Assembly: GCA_963722305.1 (NCBI GenBank)
Contig: CAVRKE010000001.1
Coordinates: forward strand, 309,549 to 373,548
DNA: 64,000 nt
DNA from: Candidatus Levyibacteriota bacterium
GTDB taxonomy: Bacteria > Patescibacteriota > Microgenomatia > Levybacterales > UBA12049
Direction of reading: 5' to 3'
The notes beneath the pieces are model-generated. The model saw only the letters and a program-made list of their open reading frames with translations. It was not told where the DNA came from and ran no database searches. The translations under genes were made by a program, and so were the position numbers. This document shows, in pieces, positions 57,891 through 64,000 of this stretch (position 1 is its first letter; the number at the start of each line of letters is the position of its first letter).

Positions 57891-59377
57891 GATAATAAGT
57901 TTAAAACGGTTCTCACACCGTGTCCCGTACCTCCTTTTGGCCCTAAACTGTTGGCTTTGGCGGCAAATGCCGGCCCGGCAATGTCTAAGTGCGCCCAGGG
58001 TGTATTGTCCACAAATTCTTCCAAGAAAAGCGCGGCGGTGATGGCACCGGCATATCGAGAGTTGGGAATATTGGCAATGTCGGCCACCTCACTTTTGTTC
58101 ATTTCCTTATAGTCTCTTTCCAGCGGTAATTCCCAAACTTTCTCGCCCGCCTCAAAAGCGGCTTTTTTTATTTGCGCTGTTAATTCCTGATTGTTTGAGA
58201 AAAGCCCTGAAATATCATTGCCCAGTGCCACCATACAAGCACCGGTTAACGTGGCAAAATCGATAATCTTGGTGGCTTTCTCTTTGACTGCAAAAGATAA
58301 ACTGTCCGCCATGGTCACCCTTCCTTCGGCATCCGTATCTAAAACTTCTATCGTCTTGCCGTTCATCGCTTTGACCACGTCTCCCGGCACCAGTGATGTT
58401 GCCGAAATTAAATTTGGCGTAGCGGCAATTAAACCGATTACCGGAAACTGGGGTTTAATTTCCGAAATTACCGAAAAGACGGAAAGAACAATGGCTGCTC
58501 CGGACATGTCCATTTTCATATCCTGCATATGGTCGCCGGTTTTAACGTTAATTCCGCCGCTATCAAAAGTAATCCCTTTTCCCACGAGTGCAAGTTTTTC
58601 AGATTTTGTAACTTTATCGGGTACGTATTGTAAAAAAATGAACTTCGGTTCTGTCGCGGCCGCTCTGGCTATTCCCAAGAAAGCTTCCATCCCTAATTTT
58701 CCGGCTTGTTCTTTATTGAATATCTGACATTTGATGTGTGCGGGGTCTTTCTTGGCAAGTTCTTGAGCAAGATCTGCTAAATATGTCGGGGTGGCAACAG
58801 CCGATTGTTCATTAACCAAGTCGCGGGCCAGAATTGTTGCCTCGCAGTAAAGCTTGGCTTTTTTAATTCCGTTTTGAACATCCACTGAAGTTTTACCGGA
58901 AACTATCACGGTTGATAATTTTTTTTCTGCTTTCTTTGTTTTGTATTTATTGAAGTCGTAACTGCCCAAAATCAAACCTTCGGCAATTACCTGCGCTGAA
59001 ATATTTTGCCCAAGGTTCAATTCATTTTCCGCCGGTATTTCCAAAGTAATTGCCGCAATTTTCCCTTTCGTTTTTGCAGCAAAGCTACCCAAAGCCTCTC
59101 TTAAGTCATTGGCGATAAACTCTGCCTTTTTACCCAACCCCAATAAACTGACCGATTTTGCCAGGGAATTCTCCCCAAGATAAAAATTGAGGGTTTCCCC
59201 TCTTTTAGCCGTAAATTTGGCCGTTTCAATTGCCTTGGTAATATCTGTTTGCAGCTTAGTATCGAGCTTTTTGAAGCTTAAAAACAGTTTTGGCTCTTTT
59301 GCGGTCTGAAATGCCAGAACTAAAATGGCATCGGCGGAGATTTTATCCAAAGGATGAACAGAAAATTCAAATTGCAT
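57887..59377 (-). CDS. pepA: Leucyl aminopeptidase (M17 family)
   Basis: NTDAEGR-type motif (VLDTDAEGRVTMADS) and the M17 catalytic region; 496 aa. Confidence 0.85.
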   Translation of the reverse strand: MQFEFSVHPLDKISADAILVLAFQTAKEPKLFLSFKKLDTKLQTDITKAIETAKFTAKRGETLNFYLGENSLAKSVSLLGLGKKAEFIANDLREALGSFAAKTKGKIAAITLEIPAENELNLGQNISAQVIAEGLILGSYDFNKYKTKKAEKKLSTVIVSGKTSVDVQNGIKKAKLYCEATILARDLVNEQSAVATPTYLADLAQELAKKDPAHIKCQIFNKEQAGKLGMEAFLGIARAAATEPKFIFLQYVPDKVTKSEKLALVGKGITFDSGGINVKTGDHMQDMKMDMSGAAIVLSVFSVISEIKPQFPVIGLIAATPNLISATSLVPGDVVKAMNGKTIEVLDTDAEGRVTMADSLSFAVKEKATKIIDFATLTGACMVALGNDISGLFSNNQELTAQIKKAAFEAGEKVWELPLERDYKEMNKSEVADIANIPNSRYAGAITAALFLEEFVDNTPWAHLDIAGPAFAAKANSLGPKGGTGHGVRTVLNLLS

Positions 59378-59581
59378 AAGCTCTATTGTAACATTCCGAG
59401 CTTAAAAAATAAAGCGATTTGAAGAATTTAACCACGGTAGTTTCCGTCTATTAATTGCCCGTTTTCTCCAATTGGGATAAATAATTTCTCATCAATTAAG
59501 TATTGTCCCACCCTTATTATACCCTCAAGAGGATAGTCTCCTACAATGCCTGTGTCTATCCAAACAACTGGACTACTAAAA

Positions 59582-60529
59582 TCAGTCTGTGTGGCAATGC
59601 AACCTTCCATAATATCTTTCTTTATATGTGGCCTTGTCCCTTGCTCCTTTTATTGAATCCAAGATGTTTAACTCGCCGATCAATTGCGTAACTGCCTGCT
59701 GATGGCTTGCATACCGAGCAGTTGTTTCATAGGCCAGAGTTACGGAATCAATTGCAAAACCTCTAGCATGACTATCTCTTACTAAATCGGTTGTTAACTT
59801 TAGTCGTCCCATTTCATCTATGTTTCTTATCGCTTCAAGGTCTTGAGCGAATTGATCGTCGGAAACTGTTTCTAAAGGTTTTTGTTCTGGAATTGCTGCG
59901 TTGAATTCTTCGATACGAGCTTCTGCCGGATACATTCCATCCCATCTTAAAAATGCCAAGATTATTGCATCATTGTCATCTACTGGAGAATCCGGAAAAT
60001 TCTGCCTATATGCGGCCAAAAGTACTTCTGTTTGAAGTGCTAAATTTCGCCTCTTCCAGTATGAAGTTTGAACATCACCTCTCAACCTGTTAAGTTTATC
60101 TAGAAATGCAGGAGAAGTTGGATTAACGCCAAATATGTTATTCCCTAGGTCTACCTCGTCACCGTGGTAACCAACGTCAAAAACATAAATAGGAGTATCT
60201 TCACCTATTATTTTTCTGGTCTCCTCCAATAATTCCGTATGGTGAAAACCTTCTCGAAAATTACCCGGTATAGCAAGCATTGTCAGGCAACCGTTTTGTT
60301 TTTGTTGTCTTAGAAAATCAGTTGGCTCTATCCAGGCGGCAGGATCAATCCTAATTACTCTAAAGCCTAAGTCTTGCTCGAAATAACGGGCAGCAGCTTG
60401 TTCCTCAACTTCAACATTTCCCCAGTCAAAATGGTTAAAAACAAACCCCATGCTTGGTTTTAATCCTAATTTTTCAGCTGTAGATGACATGATAAACTGG
60501 AGTATAACAGAGAAGGCTATTTTAAGCAA
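59582..60529 (-). CDS. Hypothetical protein (315 aa); possibly continued by the overlapping 60-aa ORF 59428-59610
   Basis: ORF only; the 29-nt overlap with the downstream small ORF suggests a possible frameshift or fusion. Confidence 0.4.
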   Translation of the reverse strand: MLKIAFSVILQFIMSSTAEKLGLKPSMGFVFNHFDWGNVEVEEQAAARYFEQDLGFRVIRIDPAAWIEPTDFLRQQKQNGCLTMLAIPGNFREGFHHTELLEETRKIIGEDTPIYVFDVGYHGDEVDLGNNIFGVNPTSPAFLDKLNRLRGDVQTSYWKRRNLALQTEVLLAAYRQNFPDSPVDDNDAIILAFLRWDGMYPAEARIEEFNAAIPEQKPLETVSDDQFAQDLEAIRNIDEMGRLKLTTDLVRDSHARGFAIDSVTLAYETTARYASHQQAVTQLIGELNILDSIKGARDKATYKERYYGRLHCHTD

Positions 60530-60661
60530 CTATAAGATGTGGGCGAAGAGTGCCCCAAGAGCATTTGCCACTTCGTGGCGGCAGATTCCCACCCTTCGGG
60601 TTCGAAATCTATTTCCGCCTGAAAACATTTTCCAAAGCTAAAGCTTGAAAAATCTTTTCAG

Positions 60662-60744
60662 TGGGCGAAGAGGGATTCGAACCCTCAAGACCTTGCGATC
60701 AATAGTTTTTGAGACTATCGCGTATACCGTTCCGCCACTCGCCC
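60662..60744 (-). tRNA. tRNA-Leu (anticodon CAA), class II with a long variable arm; CCA not encoded
   Basis: GGGCGAG-U-GGCGGAACGGUAUACGCG-AUAGU-CUCAAAA-ACUAU-variable arm-GAGGGUUCGAAUCCCUC-UUCGCCC-A folds into a cloverleaf with a 7/7 acceptor stem. Confidence 0.75.
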
Positions 60745-60979
60745 TAACTTTTCTATTATACCAAACTCTTACAGTTTACAACCTAAGAAAGGACACTGAG
60801 CGTAACTTGAACGGAGTGAAATACTTTACGTATTGAGCGGAGCCCGAATCGAACGAGGTCCCGAGGATATCCGAGGGTGAAATGGTCAGACGTATGTCCA
60901 ACCACACAAAAAATTATACTAATCCCTCGATTTCACTCAGGACTAGTATAATTCCTCATCAAACTTCTGCCTTGCGAAA

Positions 60980-61189
60980 TTATAATGTTGGTGTTCCTAC
61001 TGGTGCTCCCGGTTCCGGTGCTGGTGCTCCCGGCACTGGCGCTGGTTCTGGTGTTGTTGGCGTAACCGGTGGAACTGCTGGCTCTTCAACTGGCGGGACA
61101 ACTGGCGTTACCGGCTCAGTTGGTGTCGTTGGTACTCCCGTTGGTTGCATTGGGTCAGCTACTGGTGTATTTACTGTTTGATCATCCAT
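60980..61189 (-). CDS. Small Pro/Thr/Val-rich low-complexity protein (69 aa)
   Basis: Strong RBS GGAGGGGGGTGA 8-10 nt upstream of the ATG at 61189; the opposite-strand Gly-rich ORF lacks an RBS. Confidence 0.3.
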   Translation of the reverse strand: MDDQTVNTPVADPMQPTGVPTTPTEPVTPVVPPVEEPAVPPVTPTTPEPAPVPGAPAPEPGAPVGTPTL

Positions 61190-61274
61190 TAATTAAATTC
61201 ACCCCCCTCCGATTTAAGAAAATTACTCTCTTAATTAATGATAAACAAAAAGACAAGAAGAAAGCAAGACCCTT

Positions 61275-62603
61275 TTACTGTTCTACCTCTCGCTTTTTCT
61301 CGACATTGTAGAAACGGATCCTGTCGCCGCGGAATAAGAGGTCGATTTCTCCCATCGGACCGTTTCTGTGTTTGGCAATTAATAACTTGGTCGGAATAAC
61401 ATTGGAAGTAACTTCGGCATCAAGCCGGTATAAAAACATTACCACGTCGGCATCCTGCTCGATTGCTCCGGATTCGCGAAGATCTGCCAGTTGCGGCTTC
61501 CTTTCTCCGCGGTGCTCGACCGCACGGGAAAGCTGCGAGACGGCCAGCACGGGAATTTTTAATTCTCTGGCCAAATTCTTTAACCCTTGGGAAACAATCG
61601 AAACTTCCTGAACCCGGTTGTCATATCTTCTTCCCGGATCCGCCAACTGCAAATAATCAACAACTAAAAGTTTTACACCCTGTTCGAGCTGTAGTCTTCT
61701 CGCTTTGGTTCGCATTTCCGAAATGGAAATTCCCGGTGTATCGTCGATAAAAATTGGCGCGTCTGCCAACTCTCCCATTGCTTGAGATAATTTGGTGAAA
61801 TCGGATTCAACCAGTTTGCCGGTTTTTAATCTCCATGAATCAACATCCGCCTGCCCCACCAACAACCTGTCGACCAGTTCTTCCTGACTCATTTCCAACG
61901 AGAATATCCCGACCGGCGTTTTTTGTTCTACCGCCAGATTTTGGGCAATGTTCACAATCATCGCTGTTTTTCCCTGTCCCGGCCGTGCTGCCAAAACCAG
62001 CAGGTTTGAAGGCTGCATGCCGGAAAGAAGGTTATCCAAATCGGTAAAGCCTGTCTGCACTCCCCGAAAACCTCCGCCTTTTTTATGCAGTTCATCAATT
62101 CTGTCAAAACTTTCTGCCAAGCCTTCTTTAATCGCACTAAAGCCTCTGATATTGTGCCCCTGGGAAATGGCAAAAATGGAACTCTCCGCCTTATCCAAAA
62201 GCTCCGGCACTTCGCTATCTTCCTTATAGGCTTTCTCCGCTATTTGTGTTCCGATGGAGATTAAACTTCTTTTGGTCGACTCTTCTTTAATCAAATCCGC
62301 GTAGTGCTCAATGTTAGCCGCGGTCGGCACGGAATTGACGAGCTCCGAAAGGTATGAGGAATCGACTTTGTCGCCGCTTTTGCTTTTCTTTAATTTTTGG
62401 GTAAGAGTGATAACGTCGATTGGCTTTCTTTCTTCATATAACAAAAGCATCGCGTCATAGATTATTCCGTTGATATCATTATAAAAATCCTTAGGCGAGA
62501 GTATTTCGGAAACCAGTCCAATCGAATCTTTATCGATAAGCACTGCACCTAAAACGCTTTGTTCTGCTTCATCATTATGTGGAGGAGTTCTGACATCTGC
62601 CAT
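61275..62603 (-). CDS. dnaB: Replicative DNA helicase DnaB
   Basis: N-terminal DnaB domain; Walker A (ARPGQGKTA); RecA-like C-terminal domain; 442 aa. Confidence 0.85.
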   Translation of the reverse strand: MADVRTPPHNDEAEQSVLGAVLIDKDSIGLVSEILSPKDFYNDINGIIYDAMLLLYEERKPIDVITLTQKLKKSKSGDKVDSSYLSELVNSVPTAANIEHYADLIKEESTKRSLISIGTQIAEKAYKEDSEVPELLDKAESSIFAISQGHNIRGFSAIKEGLAESFDRIDELHKKGGGFRGVQTGFTDLDNLLSGMQPSNLLVLAARPGQGKTAMIVNIAQNLAVEQKTPVGIFSLEMSQEELVDRLLVGQADVDSWRLKTGKLVESDFTKLSQAMGELADAPIFIDDTPGISISEMRTKARRLQLEQGVKLLVVDYLQLADPGRRYDNRVQEVSIVSQGLKNLARELKIPVLAVSQLSRAVEHRGERKPQLADLRESGAIEQDADVVMFLYRLDAEVTSNVIPTKLLIAKHRNGPMGEIDLLFRGDRIRFYNVEKKREVEQ

Positions 62604-62661
62604 ATTATTAGTATTAAGAATTTAGTTGAAATTTATAAAATTTACAAGAAGCAAAATCAGG

Positions 62662-63511
62662 GTTCTCCTACCCTGTTGGTAAAGCATGTAGCGTGTTTTG
62701 CAAGTAATGGTAAGGAGATTTAAACATTTCCGGTCTGGAAAATCTGCAGTAAAATTCACAGACATATTCTTCAAGCTTTTCTTCACTGACATGGTGGTAC
62801 ATCCTCCGGATAAAAGTCCTTAAAACGCCAAACATTCCTTCAATTTCAGAGGTGTTGGTAAACTCAAATTTCTTGTGAATGTCTGTCATATGGAATAGAG
62901 GATAATACTTATCAATATTTTTGTAAATAGTAGAGCCATCTGTATTTAGTTGAGACTCTGGTTTAACGTAAGTTCTAACAAAATCAATTGCATCTTTCTT
63001 CGCTGGGGCATCAGAGGAGAGGATTTGATAAGCAAGCTTTCTGGTTCCTCTCTCCTTTCCCATGAGAAGTGCGGTATTACCAAATCTGCCAAAGTAGGCC
63101 TCATCAAGCTGGACAATATGCTCTAGAAGCCTCCGATCTCTTGGTAATTGTTCTCTGAACAAGTCAAAGTAATGTCTGACTCCCTTCTCAGACAAAGAAG
63201 TTAGATCTTCAGTCTGTTTAACCGGCATTTGTTTTGTCCAGCACCAGAGAATTAACCAAAATCTCTGCAAAGGAATCTTCACATTGCAAAGCCAGGTATG
63301 GGAAAACAGCGAGAACTTAATCTGACATTGTCTACATCTGTATCTTTTTTCAAAGCGAACAATATTCCAGGATTTGCACTTTGGACAGAAGATATTTCTA
63401 CCAAAAACAGTTCTTCTGAGAAACTTTTTAATCTGGGCATCCGTAGGTACTTGTTTTAAATGGTACATAATCATATTCTAACGATTTTGTACCAACAGGG
63501 TGGGATTACCC
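62662..63511 (-). mobile_element. IS1595-family insertion sequence (about 850 bp) with 21-bp imperfect terminal inverted repeats and an 8-10 bp target-site duplication (C)AAAATCAGG
   Basis: IRL GGTTCTCCTACCCTGTTGGTA at 62662-62684; IRR (revcomp) GGTAATCCCACCCTGTTGGTA at 63488-63511; direct repeats CAAAATCAGG at 62652-62661 and 63512-63521. Confidence 0.65.
62668..63474 (-). CDS. IS1595-family DDE transposase with an N-terminal zinc ribbon
   Basis: CPKCKSW...CRQC zinc ribbon; QLDEAYFG DDE motif region; 268 aa. Confidence 0.7.
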   Translation of the reverse strand: MIMYHLKQVPTDAQIKKFLRRTVFGRNIFCPKCKSWNIVRFEKRYRCRQCQIKFSLFSHTWLCNVKIPLQRFWLILWCWTKQMPVKQTEDLTSLSEKGVRHYFDLFREQLPRDRRLLEHIVQLDEAYFGRFGNTALLMGKERGTRKLAYQILSSDAPAKKDAIDFVRTYVKPESQLNTDGSTIYKNIDKYYPLFHMTDIHKKFEFTNTSEIEGMFGVLRTFIRRMYHHVSEEKLEEYVCEFYCRFSRPEMFKSPYHYLQNTLHALPTG

Positions 63512-63516
63512 CAAAA

Positions 63517-64000
63517 TCAGGCCAGGAGCATAACGTCCATTTCTTCCGGAAGTTTATCTTCCGAAAGAGAGATTTTGGAAGAAGCTAGAGCGTTTTCTTT
63601 ACCCAAAGTTTTTGCCCCTTCTTTCGCTTTAGTCCCATATAAAACTACGACATTTGGCTCCATCGCCGTGATAACACTTTGCTTTAATTCGCTATCTGCA
63701 TTTAAAATTATTATCTTGTAATCTCCAAGTTTTTCCGCGGAAAATTTCTCCAAAGAGCTCGCTCTGGCAATTAAGGCCGAGACGTTCTCCGAGGACAACG
63801 CAAACACGGTATCTTCTTCCGAAACTATGCCGGAAATTTTAAGGCCACCTACCTCATACTCCCCCGCTTGTTCAATAATCACCCGGTAATTGTTAATTCT
63901 TTGCGGGTCAAAATTTTTACTAAAGGCGATAATGGCATCTGCATCAAATTTTTGTACCGAGGACTCGGGGTCTAAAGCCAGGGTTGTTTTTTTGGTCTTA
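63517..64000 (-). CDS. Hypothetical protein, 5' end outside the window (the ORF continues past 64000)
   Basis: The frame stays open upstream of the annotated Met at 63882 (…LALDPESSVQKFDADAIIAFSKNF…); the stop lies immediately next to the IS target-site duplication. Confidence 0.4.
   Translation of the reverse strand, partial: KTKKTTLALDPESSVQKFDADAIIAFSKNFDPQRINNYRVIIEQAGEYEVGGLKISGIVSEEDTVFALSSENVSALIARASSLEKFSAEKLGDYKIIILNADSELKQSVITAMEPNVVVLYGTKAKEGAKTLGKENALASSKISLSEDKLPEEMDVMLLA

Noticed and set aside
60836-60925. Second tRNA next to tRNA-Leu
   Set aside because: Only a T-arm and an acceptor 3' half are recognisable. No complementary 5' acceptor strand (GAGCGGA) or anticodon arm exists within 120 nt, so it is reported as a tRNA-like fragment rather than a gene.
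60882-61181. Plus-strand Gly-rich 99-aa ORF
   Set aside because: Low-complexity mirror of the minus-strand Pro-rich ORF. It has no RBS, whereas the minus-strand ORF has a strong GGAGG, so it is probably spurious.

Overview
A 64 kb chromosomal window, about 40-42% GC, from a small-genome bacterium. The gene content is consistent with a Patescibacteria/CPR-like organism: many leaderless mRNAs driven by extended -10 TGnTATAAT promoters, a type IV pilus locus with no secretin, and a compact ribosomal operon rpsP-KH-trmD lacking rimM. The taxon assignment is inference only.

Housekeeping genes, in order along the + strand coordinates:
- the pheS 3' end, pheT, a class A PBP (-), tyrS, recG, rpmF, nusB, rnc, rpsP, a KH-domain protein and trmD;
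- holB, gyrB, a frameshifted V-type pyrophosphatase (hppA), a heavily disrupted gyrA, and folD;
- on the - strand: a Xer-type tyrosine recombinase, yebC, an RluA-family pseudouridine synthase, efp, pepA, tRNA-Leu(CAA) and dnaB.

Blocks that are not plain housekeeping:
1. 11.1-23.5 kb: a complete type IV pilus/competence-like locus on the - strand. It runs pilB, pilT, pilC, a major-pilin candidate, pilD, six more prepilin-like genes, a PilX-like gene, then pilM, pilN and pilO. There is no pilQ secretin. 7-nt tandem repeats sit in the pilD/pilin junction and inside pilD.
2. 24.4-33.9 kb: an accessory island of about 20 small hypothetical genes between holB and gyrB. It includes a secreted Cys-containing protein, an HExxH protein, two EamA transporters and a SemiSWEET. 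Nine same-orientation copies of a promoter-like motif, consensus AAAATTTGGGGCGGAAAAC, occur here and nowhere else in the window. The island begins with a duplicated copy of the holB 3' end, and the gyrB 3' end is also duplicated downstream.
3. 38.66-41.31 kb: a cluster of five 1-nt indels plus one in-frame TAA across hppA and gyrA. Flanking genes are intact.
4. 43.4-45.0 kb: two tandem secreted Cys-rich paralogs that share a signal-peptide region and a six-Cys module.
5. 50.1-51.07 kb: a 960-bp coding desert between convergent genes, with a candidate RNase P-like RNA on the - strand (low confidence).
6. 62.66-63.51 kb: an intact IS1595-family element with 21-bp terminal inverted repeats and an 8-10 bp target site duplication, inserted 58 bp upstream of dnaB.
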